DNA from: Acidimicrobiaceae bacterium
GTDB lineage: Bacteria > Actinomycetota > Acidimicrobiia > Acidimicrobiales > UBA8592
Assembly (NCBI GenBank): GCA_002715405.1
Contig: PAZD01000015.1
Span: 10,233 to 48,238 of the forward strand
Reading direction: 5' to 3'
DNA: 38,006 nucleotides
Shown here: one piece after another, positions 8,819-18,499 of the stretch
Position numbering within the stretch: position 1 is the first letter of the stretch
Layout: every line of letters starts with the position of its first letter
Notes under the pieces: model-generated
What the model saw: only the letters and a program-made list of their open reading frames with translations
What the model was told of the DNA's origin: nothing
Databases searched by the model: none
Made by a program: the position numbers and the translations under genes

Positions 8819-9850
8819 TTGGCAGACTTAAACGTGGAAAAATTTGCTCTCGTAACAGGGGGAATGGGTTATATCGGTAGTCATACCTCCGTAGCGTTAA
8901 TCGAGGCTGGATATCAAGTTGTGGTTCTAGACAATCTTGATAACTCCTCAGAAAAAGTTCTCACAGGTATCGAAAGTATTACCGGTCAGACTCCACACTT
9001 CGCCCATACTGATCTTCGAGATGTCGACGCTGTTTTAGAAGTCTTTAACGAGTACCCCATTACCTCGGTTATACATACCGCCGGACTTAAATCTGTTGAA
9101 GAGTCTGTAACTAATCCTTCGAAATACTATGAAAATAATATTGGCTCGACCATCACGCTTGTTAAAGCTATGCAGACCGCCGGAGTATCAACTTTGGTTT
9201 TTTCATCTTCTGCAACCGTTTACTCGTCTTCGTCTAAACCTCCATTTGATGAGAATGCTAAGACGTTCCCCACAAACCCCTATGGAATGTCGAAATATAT
9301 TATTGAACAGATAATGGCCGATATGGCACTTGCTGATAGTAAATGGAGATTAGGGATTCTAAGATATTTCAATCCCGTAGGGGCGCATCCAAGCGGCAAG
9401 ATAGGTGAAAGCCCATCTGGGGTCCCGAACAACCTAATGCCCTATCTAATGCAAGTTGCTATTGGAAAACTTGAAAAGCTGCCAATATATGGGGATGACT
9501 ATGAAACACCTGATGGTACCTGCATTAGGGACTATGTCCACGTCGTTGATTTAGCGCGCGGTCATCTTGCTGCCCTCGAATTCCTAGAAAACAAAAATGG
9601 CGTACATTTTTGGAACCTAGGGACCGGTAAGGGGACCTCGGTCTTGGAACTAGTAAAGGAAGTAGAAAAAGTAATAGAGAAGCCTATACCTATAGAAATG
9701 AAACAGAGGCGAAAGGGAGATATCCCAATAGTATTCGCAGATGTTGCAAAGGCTTCTAGCCAGTTATCTTGGCAAGCTAAATACAGTATTGAAAAAATGT
9801 GTGCTGATCATTGGAAGTGGCAAAAACACTATTCAGATAGCCGCCAGTAA
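8819..9850 (+). CDS. galE: UDP-glucose 4-epimerase
   Basis: TGGMGYIGSH, FSSSATVY, YGMSK (YxxxK), LRYFNPVGAH, PNNLMPY, DGTCIRDYVHV. True start may be GTG 8834. Confidence 0.95.
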   Translation: MADLNVEKFALVTGGMGYIGSHTSVALIEAGYQVVVLDNLDNSSEKVLTGIESITGQTPHFAHTDLRDVDAVLEVFNEYPITSVIHTAGLKSVEESVTNPSKYYENNIGSTITLVKAMQTAGVSTLVFSSSATVYSSSSKPPFDENAKTFPTNPYGMSKYIIEQIMADMALADSKWRLGILRYFNPVGAHPSGKIGESPSGVPNNLMPYLMQVAIGKLEKLPIYGDDYETPDGTCIRDYVHVVDLARGHLAALEFLENKNGVHFWNLGTGKGTSVLELVKEVEKVIEKPIPIEMKQRRKGDIPIVFADVAKASSQLSWQAKYSIEKMCADHWKWQKHYSDSRQ

Positions 9851-9851
9851 T

Positions 9852-11156
9852 TCAGTCAGAGGTTCTTAAGATCCGATCAAGATACGGGGTAGAGAAATGG
9901 CCGTCAGGGTCAAGTTCTTCCAGCACCGATTGGAAGTCATCCCATTGGGGATAGAGGTCTGCCAGCTCTCGACCACATAAGGTATGCACCTTTCCCCAAT
10001 GAGGTCGCCCTCCGAACTCATTCATAATATTTTCAACGAGCTGAAAGTATGGATTGAGGCGAGTTCCCCTATAGACGTGAACAGCGATATACCCTGAATC
10101 TCTTCCATAAGCAGGCGAAAGAGGAATATCATCAGCTCCTAGGACTCTTACTTCAATTGGGAATGTTATTGGGCGGTCTAATTGGTTGGTTACCTTACGC
10201 ACATACCCGAAAACTTCGAGAAGGTGGTCCAAGGGAACCGCATATTCCATTTCAACAAAACGTACCCGACGCTTCGAGCAAAATACTTTATAGCTTGGCC
10301 CAACGTACGAAATCTTTCGATCTCCAGAGAGTTGCTTCCTCAAAATTCTGTGGGCACGATGAGGGGCAATCTTTGCGTAGCGGTTAATAAGCTCAAAGCC
10401 CCCATTGGCGATGATCTCGTCACTTAGAAATGCTTTATAGGGGCTTCTGTAACTAGGTGTTTCTAAAGTTTTTGTATTTATCTTCAATGTACCAATTTCC
10501 GTATGGGGGAACCAAAAGAATTCTGTATGGTCTGCCCTTGTTATAGCTTCTCCGAAGAGTTCAAGGATCTGATCAATATTTGTTGTCTGTTCCGTTGCTC
10601 TTAGATTGAATGCAGAAACACACTGGAGGGTGACTTCAATAATGATTCCTAACGAACCGAGACTAACACGAGCAGCTCTGAAAATTCTCTGATTTTTCTC
10701 AGTTGAACATTCTAGAACTGCTCCATCGCCTGTGATGATCTTCAGTCCAATCACAGCTTCGCTAATTGAATGGTACCCCAAACCCGTTCCATGAGTACCA
10801 GTACTGATAGCCCCAGCAAGAGTCTGGTAATCAATATCGCCTAGATTTGGAAGAGCCAATCCGAGCAAGTCAAGTTGCTTGTTGAGGTTGAAGAGTCGAA
10901 TTCCAGCTCCAACGGTTACCTGCATGCGTTCCTGGTTCACGTGGGTAATTGAGCTGAAATTACCCACATCGATCATTATTCCATCTGTCGGACAGAGTGG
11001 GCTAAAACTATGGCCTGCTCCTACTGCTCTAACCTTCTTTCGTTCGGCTACACCAAGGCATACGAGGGCAGCAACTTCGTCTGAAGTATTAGGGGTCTTG
11101 AACTGGTCGGGTGAGCACTTTTGGTTTCTTCCCCAATTTCTCCATTTATCTGACAT
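9852..11156 (-). CDS. FAD-linked aldonolactone oxidoreductase (D-arabinono-/L-gulono-1,4-lactone oxidase family)
   Basis: NWGRN N-terminus, VGAGHSFS covalent-FAD His motif, AGAISTGTHGTG, EMEY, PIEVR, GGRPHWGK. Confidence 0.9.
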   Translation of the reverse strand: MSDKWRNWGRNQKCSPDQFKTPNTSDEVAALVCLGVAERKKVRAVGAGHSFSPLCPTDGIMIDVGNFSSITHVNQERMQVTVGAGIRLFNLNKQLDLLGLALPNLGDIDYQTLAGAISTGTHGTGLGYHSISEAVIGLKIITGDGAVLECSTEKNQRIFRAARVSLGSLGIIIEVTLQCVSAFNLRATEQTTNIDQILELFGEAITRADHTEFFWFPHTEIGTLKINTKTLETPSYRSPYKAFLSDEIIANGGFELINRYAKIAPHRAHRILRKQLSGDRKISYVGPSYKVFCSKRRVRFVEMEYAVPLDHLLEVFGYVRKVTNQLDRPITFPIEVRVLGADDIPLSPAYGRDSGYIAVHVYRGTRLNPYFQLVENIMNEFGGRPHWGKVHTLCGRELADLYPQWDDFQSVLEELDPDGHFSTPYLDRILRTSD

Positions 11157-11182
11157 AGTAATATCTTTGACTCATCGTATTC

Positions 11183-12199
11183 TCACCAGCCCTTTAGGTC
11201 TATAACCCATTCTTCGACTAGCCGCTCATCTTCAAAAGCGAGCATCCTTGAGTGCTTAGCGATTGTTGGGTCAACATGTGCCGGTAGTAGGGGAACTAAG
11301 TCTCCTATCTTCCAAGTTACTTTTGATTGCCCTTCGGGAGGATATAGGGTCGTATGCTCATCAGAACAGAAGCCTACGACTCCACCTGAAACAGAGGGGT
11401 TTCCATGGTCCATTCCAAGGGCCTTTATCCCAGCATCTACAACAGCCCAACTTTTATCTGGAGCGATGGAGATAACCCTCGACATGACGGTCAAACATTG
11501 TGAAAAGGGCAAATCTAATTTTGCATATTCTGTGTCCATAAAAAGATATGATCCCGCTTGAATTTCTGTCGCCCAAATATTTATGTCGAATGTTCCTGTG
11601 CCTCCTGCTGAAATTATCTGCCCCCCTACGTCTTTGTGGGCCAGCATGAGAAGCGCCATCGCACTTTTCACCTCTTCGGCCTGCGTGGAGCGATTCTTAA
11701 CCATCATAAGATGACCCTCATAGCCCATAACCCCGCGAATGTTTAGGCCTTTATTCCTTGCGTATTCCCCTAAGTTCCCGGCTTCAGGGACAGCACATCC
11801 ACATCGTCTGAGCCCAACGTTTACATCAATGAGGATGTTAGATACTCCACCACTGGCAACTGCGTCAATAGTTTCTTTGGAATCGACAGCGACCGTCACA
11901 TTCGCACCATTTTCTGCAATTGTGCTTAGACGCTTAGTATCAAGCACTTCGTTGGCTAGCAGGAGGTCGTCAGAAAGCCCAGCTGCGGCCATGCCTTCCA
12001 TTTCTTTGATGGTTGCACAACAGAAAGCAATGTGACCTGCTTTGTGAAGTCGTTTCGCCACGGACGTTGATTTAAAAGCCTTTACATGTGGCCGCAAAGA
12101 AACACCAGGTAAAGCCTCGGACATTCTCGACAGGTTTGATTCGAATGTCGGTAAATCGACTTTAAGATATGGTGTTGTCTGATTTTCCATGTCATGCAC
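11183..12199 (-). CDS. Fold-type III PLP enzyme, D-threonine aldolase / 3-hydroxyaspartate aldolase / DSD1 family
   Basis: RPHVKAFK (PLP Lys), GVMGYEGH, GGTGT, EIQAGSY, DAGIK, SDEH, HVDPT. GTG start supported by TAATGT 6 nt upstream. Confidence 0.85.
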   Translation of the reverse strand: MHDMENQTTPYLKVDLPTFESNLSRMSEALPGVSLRPHVKAFKSTSVAKRLHKAGHIAFCCATIKEMEGMAAAGLSDDLLLANEVLDTKRLSTIAENGANVTVAVDSKETIDAVASGGVSNILIDVNVGLRRCGCAVPEAGNLGEYARNKGLNIRGVMGYEGHLMMVKNRSTQAEEVKSAMALLMLAHKDVGGQIISAGGTGTFDINIWATEIQAGSYLFMDTEYAKLDLPFSQCLTVMSRVISIAPDKSWAVVDAGIKALGMDHGNPSVSGGVVGFCSDEHTTLYPPEGQSKVTWKIGDLVPLLPAHVDPTIAKHSRMLAFEDERLVEEWVIDLKGW

Positions 12200-12297
12200 A
12201 GGCCCACATTACAGTCACGATCACTTAGGTGCATGATCTCTTGCCTTTTGAAACCACTTTTCAGAGAATGAGGAATCAACCAAATTAAGAGTTGGTT

Positions 12298-13968
12298 TTA
12301 CATAACCTCGTTAATGCCAAGACTAGCGAATTCACTCTCAAGGTAATTCGCCCGAAACATATCGCGTAGTTCCGTTGCTTGCTTATCGTATGCATCAACA
12401 TCGTCCCAAGTCTCTCTGGGATTTAGAACCTCGTCAGGGACATTGGGACAACTAGTAGGCATACGTAATTTTAGAATGGGCTGAATTTCAAATTCGGCAT
12501 CGTCAAAAGCTCCATCCAGAGCAGAGTCTAAAAGAGCCCGAGTGTATTTCAGAGACATCCGTTTACCCGTTCCATATGGGCCCCCAGTCCATCCTGTATT
12601 AAGCAAAATGCAACGCGTATCATGTTCTTCCATCCGTTTTGCCAAAAGTTCAGCATATACATGGGGTTTCTGGGACATAAAAGGATCTCCAAAGCATGAA
12701 GAAAATGTTGCTTGAGGCTCAGTTACTCCGACCTCGGTTCCAGCCAATTTTGATGTGAAACCGGTTACAAAATGGTACATGACTTCCTCAGCATTGAGAA
12801 TGGAGACTGGAGGAAGGACGCCAAAAGCGTCAGCTGTCAGTAAAACAATGGTTTCCGGATGGGGCCCTTTTGCTCCTTCAGCTACGCCAGGATTGCAGGT
12901 AAGAGGATAAGCGAATCTTGTGTTTTCTGTCCGAGAACCATCACTCAGGTCAAATTCTTGAGGAAAAGTTTCTGCGATTCCTTTATGAGGTAACGGAGGG
13001 ACGTTCTCGATCAATGTTCCTTTCATGCTTAGCGCCGCAGCGATGACTGGTTCAGCCTCTTTATCAAGATCTATGAGTTTTGCGTAACATCCATCTTCGA
13101 AATTCGATACTCCGGAGTCTGTCCAAACATGTTCATCATCTCCAATCAGCAAACGGTTTGGGTCTGCGGAAAGAGTTGTTTTCCCAGTTCCAGAAAGACC
13201 GAAAAGGATAGCGCTATCGTCGTTATCACCCACATTTGCTGAGCAATGCATGGAAAGCTGTCCTTTAGAGGGAAGGACGTAGTTCATTACCGTAAACATT
13301 GTTTTCTTGTTTACACCACAATAATCAGCCGGACCCACAACAAGGGCTAGACGATTTTCAATATCCATAATGACAGCCCGTTTAGATTTGGTTCCGTCTC
13401 TCTCCGGATCTGCCAGAAAGGAAGGTACGTTTAGGATGGTCCAACCTGCCGACGCACGGTCGGCGTCATCACGGACATTTTTGGGAAACATAATGTTGCA
13501 GAAATATGCGTGAGTGGCGTATTCCCCGATGAAACGGTAAGGCTCGGCGAATTCTGGATCCCATCCACAGAATACATCTGTGACATAAAGAGTTGATTTC
13601 TTTTGGTTAAGGTGTTCCACCACTCTAGGAAGCAGCTCGTCAAAATCTTCTGGAGAGAACTTTGCGAAGCCATCTTTCCACCAGACAGTATCAATAACAC
13701 TCTCTCTGGCAACTGCAAAGGTATCGGTTACTGGTCTTCCAGTGCATGATGGATCCGTGAAATATACCAGTGGTCCATCTACCCCTAAAGCCGTTTGGTA
13801 GGCTTTTTGTTGATTCCTATCTCCGTCGGGGTCAACCCTCCCTCGGTCATTTTCAATCGCGGCATGGAATAGATCATCTTGACTTAGTCCATACTCCAGG
13901 GAGACGGTATCTAACCCAAACTGTTTACGCAGTTCAGATGATAGGTCACGGTGGGGGTTGTAATTCAT
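12298..13968 (-). CDS. pckA: Phosphoenolpyruvate carboxykinase (ATP-dependent)
   Basis: SMHCSAN, FGLSGTGKTTLS, LIGDDEH, GCYAK, TENTRFAYP, DAFGVLPP, NTGWTGG; SD GGAGG upstream. Confidence 0.95.
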   Translation of the reverse strand: MNYNPHRDLSSELRKQFGLDTVSLEYGLSQDDLFHAAIENDRGRVDPDGDRNQQKAYQTALGVDGPLVYFTDPSCTGRPVTDTFAVARESVIDTVWWKDGFAKFSPEDFDELLPRVVEHLNQKKSTLYVTDVFCGWDPEFAEPYRFIGEYATHAYFCNIMFPKNVRDDADRASAGWTILNVPSFLADPERDGTKSKRAVIMDIENRLALVVGPADYCGVNKKTMFTVMNYVLPSKGQLSMHCSANVGDNDDSAILFGLSGTGKTTLSADPNRLLIGDDEHVWTDSGVSNFEDGCYAKLIDLDKEAEPVIAAALSMKGTLIENVPPLPHKGIAETFPQEFDLSDGSRTENTRFAYPLTCNPGVAEGAKGPHPETIVLLTADAFGVLPPVSILNAEEVMYHFVTGFTSKLAGTEVGVTEPQATFSSCFGDPFMSQKPHVYAELLAKRMEEHDTRCILLNTGWTGGPYGTGKRMSLKYTRALLDSALDGAFDDAEFEIQPILKLRMPTSCPNVPDEVLNPRETWDDVDAYDKQATELRDMFRANYLESEFASLGINEVM

Positions 13969-14002
13969 GTGTTTCCTCCGACAAAGATGTCGATTTCAAT
14001 TC

Positions 14003-14230
14003 CTATTGCAGAAAATCTGGAGTCCCCATATCAACCTCAGATCCAAGCCGTAAATTTGTTGCAAGGCCATTATCTTCAAGGTCAAAGATAACTCTTTGAC
14101 CTTGTCGCAGCATTCGAAAAACTGAGCCATCGAGAGCAGAAGGCGCTAATTCGTACTCAATAAAGTCTCTTTCAGACATCACAATCCCATCTTTTGTGTT
14201 CGGGTCATATGATTTGATTACTCCTTGCAC
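14003..14230 (-). CDS. Cold-shock-domain (OB-fold) protein, non-canonical
   Basis: MQGVIKSYDP...G...LRQGQRVIF...ATNL CSD pattern; AAGGAG 6 nt upstream of GTG 14230. Confidence 0.8.
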   Translation of the reverse strand: MQGVIKSYDPNTKDGIVMSERDFIEYELAPSALDGSVFRMLRQGQRVIFDLEDNGLATNLRLGSEVDMGTPDFLQ

Positions 14231-14403
14231 CAAGCTCTCCTTGTCGGCCAGCTCTTTACCTTAACGAATTCCTCAACAATATACGATCACTCCTCCATGA
14301 GACGAACCATAGAGGCTTTCGATCTACAATCATGTTATTCCGAATCATGGGGTATTTTCGTGATTTCGCTGCAAGGGCCAACTTATGAGTAGTATCAAGT
14401 TTC

Positions 14404-16050
14404 GTGGATGACTTTCATCAATTCTCAGACAACGACATCAAAAAGGTCCTATTCGCATTTCGAGATGCTTTAACAGCCCACTGTGATGTATTAAACGCTT
14501 TGAATGTTTATCCTGTCCCTGATGGCGATACGGGCACCAATATGTCGCTGACCCTCATTTCTGTAACTGAGGAACTTGAAAAAGAGTCAGCAAAAAAAGG
14601 TGTATCCCAATGGAAGGCCATAAGTCATGGCAGTTTGATGGGGGCTAGAGGAAATTCAGGTGTGATCCTTTCACAAATACTTAGGTCCCTATCAGATAGT
14701 TTCTCAGTTGCAGAAGAAATTGATATGAAGGCTGTTTCCGAGGCGTTATCAGCTGCTTCAGAGGCGGCGTATGGATCGGTGATGAAACCAGTTGAAGGCA
14801 CCATTTTGACAGTTGCCAGAGAAGTAGCAGAACTAGCCACGGAAATTACTAAAGAAGATATGTCGATGGTGTCGTTCCTTGAAAAAATTGTTGAAGAAGG
14901 AAAGGCTTCACTTGAAAGAACCCCAGAGCTATTGCCTGTCTTGAAGGAAGCGGGTGTTGTCGATGCGGGTGGAGCAGGATACCTTTTGCTGCTCTCTTCG
15001 TTTCTACATGTTGCAGATAGTCGCCCTATTCCTGCACCGGCTGAAGTACCAACAGACTTAAATGTGCAAGACAACATGGCTAACATAGGCCTTACTGAAG
15101 TAGGCGAGCTACGTTACGAAGTGATGTTTTTCCTTGAAGCTGCCGATAAAAACATAGACAAATTTAAGGAAGAATGGGCAACGCTTGGCGATTCAATAGT
15201 CGTTGTAGGGGGAGATAGCCTCTATAACTGCCATATCCATACTGATGACATCGGTGGAGCTATCGAAGCAGGGATTAAACAAGGCAAGCCAAACACTATA
15301 CGAGTGACTGACCTTCACGAAGAATTGGGCAACCACGAAGAGTCGATTGAGATAGGGGGGGAGAGCTCAATCACTATCACTGATGATAAGGAATCTGTCA
15401 CAGCAGTCGTTGCTGTAGTAGTTGGGAAAGGTATCCATGCGATCTTCGACTCCCTAGGGGTCCATGCCGTAGTACGAGGTGGTCAATCTATGAATCCATC
15501 GGTGCGTGACCTCGTTCAAGCTGTTGAATCTATTTCTGCTGACCATGTGATCATTCTTCCGAATAACAAAAATATTATTCCGGTCTCAGAACAAGTTGAC
15601 TCACAAGTAGAAAAAAGAGTTGCAGTTATCCCGACGCGAAGTATTCCAGAAGGGTTCGCTTCGTTGTTGGCATTTGATCCAAGGGCAGATGCTGAGAGTA
15701 ATGTGGAGCCAATGACTGCTGCTGCGGGGCAAGTATTGCCCGGAGAAATCACCCGAGCGGTCCGCGATAGTGAAACTTCAGCGGGAAAAGTTAAAGAAGG
15801 AGATTGGATAGGACTTGATCGGAATGGAGTCTGTGTAATAGCTGATTCTGTCTCTGAAGCTTCTATCGGATTACTAGACGGACTAATAGGCTCAGATCAT
15901 GAACTAGTGACCGTTATTGCGGGCGAAGGTAGTAATGATGACTCGACAATTGGAATATCTGAGTGGTTGCAGGATAAAAAACCACATGTAGAAGTAGAAA
16001 TACATGATGGTGGTCAACCCCTGTATCCGTATTATTTCGGAGTTGAGTAG
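14404..16050 (+). CDS. DAK2-domain protein, fatty acid kinase FakA-like
   Basis: LNVYPVPDGDTGTNM, GARGNSGVILSQ, PVEGTILTV, GVVDAGG, GGQSMNPS, LPNNKN, terminal GGQPLYPYYFGVE; lies upstream of recG. Confidence 0.92.
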   Translation: MDDFHQFSDNDIKKVLFAFRDALTAHCDVLNALNVYPVPDGDTGTNMSLTLISVTEELEKESAKKGVSQWKAISHGSLMGARGNSGVILSQILRSLSDSFSVAEEIDMKAVSEALSAASEAAYGSVMKPVEGTILTVAREVAELATEITKEDMSMVSFLEKIVEEGKASLERTPELLPVLKEAGVVDAGGAGYLLLLSSFLHVADSRPIPAPAEVPTDLNVQDNMANIGLTEVGELRYEVMFFLEAADKNIDKFKEEWATLGDSIVVVGGDSLYNCHIHTDDIGGAIEAGIKQGKPNTIRVTDLHEELGNHEESIEIGGESSITITDDKESVTAVVAVVVGKGIHAIFDSLGVHAVVRGGQSMNPSVRDLVQAVESISADHVIILPNNKNIIPVSEQVDSQVEKRVAVIPTRSIPEGFASLLAFDPRADAESNVEPMTAAAGQVLPGEITRAVRDSETSAGKVKEGDWIGLDRNGVCVIADSVSEASIGLLDGLIGSDHELVTVIAGEGSNDDSTIGISEWLQDKKPHVEVEIHDGGQPLYPYYFGVE

Positions 16051-16148
16051 CATAGATTACTTAAATTGCTCTAAGAGCGACTGCATAGCTGACTACTCAT
16101 TTTCGGTAATTTCGTTCATTTGCCTTCAAGATCGGCTAAACCAAGAAC

Positions 16149-18278
16149 ATGGAACGAGCCACTTCCCCCCTCACCTTGACTGACCTTGCTTCATTACCGA
16201 CATCTCGTTTGAAAGGAATTGGTGCAAAGAAAAAGGAGGCCCTCGCGTCTATAGGTATTCAAACAGTACTTGATGTTCTTTCCCATTATCCGCGTAGATA
16301 CATCGATAGAACTAAAGAAGCAAAGATAGGAACACTTCAGGTTGGAGAGGAAGGGATGGTCCTTGCTCAGATCCTTGATGTCGCCATCATCCGAACCAGA
16401 AATAGAAAGCAGATCGTTTCTATAGAAGTTACTGACGAAACTGGCTTCCTGAATATCACCTTTTTCAATCAACCATGGAGGGCGCGACAGATCAAAGAGG
16501 GAATGGAGGTAGTTATTTTTGGGAAGTTAGACATATATCGCGGTAAACCAAGGATGACTAACCCAGTTGTAGATTTTGTTGGAGATAAAACTGGGAAAAT
16601 AGTTCCTGTTTATCCCCAATCTGGTAAAGCGGGTTTATCAACATGGGAGTTGAGTGCATGGGTCTCAGATGCTTTGCAAAAGTCAAGCCTCAGAGGATTC
16701 GCTGAACCGTTACCTCCCGCTATTCGTGATGAGCACAATCTTGTAGATAGGGCCACAGCGTTTACTAACATCCACAATCCAGCATCGATGAAACAAATTA
16801 CAGAAGCTCGTAATCGGCTGGTCTTTGATGAACTCCTTCGAATTCAATTGTTGTTAGTAGCTAGAAAAAGAAGTTATGAAAGAACAAATCGAGGGATAGC
16901 CCACGCTTTCGAAGGAAAATATATTGAAGTACTTCTCAGTGCACTCCCATTTCGACCTACCAAAGCTCAATTGAGAGTGATAAACGAAGTCGTATCTGAT
17001 CTTCAATCGCAAATACCAATGCATCGACTGTTGCAAGGTGATGTAGGGGCAGGAAAAACTTTGGTAGCAGTAGCTGGGTTGCTTGGGGTCATTGAAGGGG
17101 GAAGGCAAGGGGTGGTTATGGCACCAACTGAAGTGCTTGCAGAACAGCATTATTTTGGGATCTCTGAGTTGTTAGCGTCCTTTAAAGTCCCTGACGATAC
17201 GACATTAATGGGAGAAAGAGACCTTCAAGTCGAATTATTAACAAGTCGATCGAATTCAGCAGACCGAAAGAGAATATTAAGCGGGTTATCTACAGGCCGA
17301 ATTGATTTAGTAATCGGGACCCATTCTCTAATCCAAGAAGCGGTAACCTTTTCAAATCTAGGTCTTTCGGTAATTGATGAGCAGCATAGGTTTGGTGTTG
17401 ATCAACGCGCAGCATTACGGGAAAAGGCATCTGAGGGGTCAATTCCCGATGTTCTTGTTATGACTGCAACACCGATACCAAGAACAGCTGCAATGACGGT
17501 GTATGGAGATCTAGATGTGTCAGTCCTAGATGAACTTCCCCCAGGTCGAACGCCTATAACGACAAAATGGGTTTCGTCAGATATTGATATTTGGGCGAAG
17601 GTCGGTAATCGAATTGGTGCAGGGGAACAAGCCTATGTTGTCTGTCCGCTTATCGATGAGAACGAGAAAATGCAAATAACCTCTGCCGAGAAAACATTTG
17701 AACGTCTTAAAGAAAATGAGTTAAGCGGAATGGAGGTTGGCCTTTTGCATGGCCGGCTAACTGGACAAGAGAAACGTGACATTATGAGCAGGTTCCGAAA
17801 TAAAAAAATTGATATTCTTGTTTCGACAACGGTTATTGAAGTGGGGGTAGATGTTCCCAATGCGACAGTAATGGTGATACTCGATGCTGACCGTTTTGGG
17901 ATCGCTCAGCTCCATCAACTTCGTGGAAGAGTTGGTCGAGGAGAAGCACACTCATGGTGTTATCTCGTCAGTGACTCAGAAACTCCTGATGCAGTTCAGA
18001 GGCTTTCAGCTCTAGAATCCTCAACAGATGGATTTGAACTAGCTGAAATTGACCTCGAGTTAAGAGGGGAAGGAACCATTATGGGGGTGACTCAAAAAGG
18101 AAGAAACGATTTGAAAATTGCATCTTTGCGGAGGGACAAAGAATGGGTACTACATGCTAGAAAAGTCGCCGTTCAACTTCTCGACTCTTCTCAAGGCATA
18201 GATGACAGTTCGCTTCTTGGTGAAGAAGTCGATCTATTTTTTGGACAGGACCAATCTGAATACCTCTTTAAATCATAA
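16149..18278 (+). CDS. recG: ATP-dependent DNA helicase RecG
   Basis: RLLQGDVGAGKT, APTEVLAEQH, IDEQHRFG, MTATPIPRT, QLHQLRGRVGRG, DGFELAEIDLELRG. Confidence 0.97.
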   Translation: MERATSPLTLTDLASLPTSRLKGIGAKKKEALASIGIQTVLDVLSHYPRRYIDRTKEAKIGTLQVGEEGMVLAQILDVAIIRTRNRKQIVSIEVTDETGFLNITFFNQPWRARQIKEGMEVVIFGKLDIYRGKPRMTNPVVDFVGDKTGKIVPVYPQSGKAGLSTWELSAWVSDALQKSSLRGFAEPLPPAIRDEHNLVDRATAFTNIHNPASMKQITEARNRLVFDELLRIQLLLVARKRSYERTNRGIAHAFEGKYIEVLLSALPFRPTKAQLRVINEVVSDLQSQIPMHRLLQGDVGAGKTLVAVAGLLGVIEGGRQGVVMAPTEVLAEQHYFGISELLASFKVPDDTTLMGERDLQVELLTSRSNSADRKRILSGLSTGRIDLVIGTHSLIQEAVTFSNLGLSVIDEQHRFGVDQRAALREKASEGSIPDVLVMTATPIPRTAAMTVYGDLDVSVLDELPPGRTPITTKWVSSDIDIWAKVGNRIGAGEQAYVVCPLIDENEKMQITSAEKTFERLKENELSGMEVGLLHGRLTGQEKRDIMSRFRNKKIDILVSTTVIEVGVDVPNATVMVILDADRFGIAQLHQLRGRVGRGEAHSWCYLVSDSETPDAVQRLSALESSTDGFELAEIDLELRGEGTIMGVTQKGRNDLKIASLRRDKEWVLHARKVAVQLLDSSQGIDDSSLLGEEVDLFFGQDQSEYLFKS

Positions 18279-18309
18279 AGATTTCTGATATCCCAAAAGA
18301 GAATAGTTG

Positions 18310-18462
18310 TTATTCCTCAAGGACGATATCCCATCTGTCCCAACAATCTATGCACCTATAGAAAACAACCATTCCGGCCTTCCATCCATCTTCTGGCCGG
18401 TAACTTCCAAGTCGGCAACGACCACCACAATCTACACAAACGATTTCTTCTGGAACTTCCAT
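18310..18462 (-). CDS. Small (50 aa) putative zinc-ribbon protein, not in the ORF track
   Basis: Hand translation ATG 18462 to TAA 18310: MEVPEEIVCVDCGGRCRLGSYRPEDGWKAGMVVFYRCIDCWDRWDIVLEE; CxxC-x24-CxxC; fills the recG-rsmD gap. Confidence 0.8.
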   Translation of the reverse strand: MEVPEEIVCVDCGGRCRLGSYRPEDGWKAGMVVFYRCIDCWDRWDIVLEE

Positions 18463-18499
18463 TGCCGCCTACTTCGTACTCATACTATTGTTGCGCATC

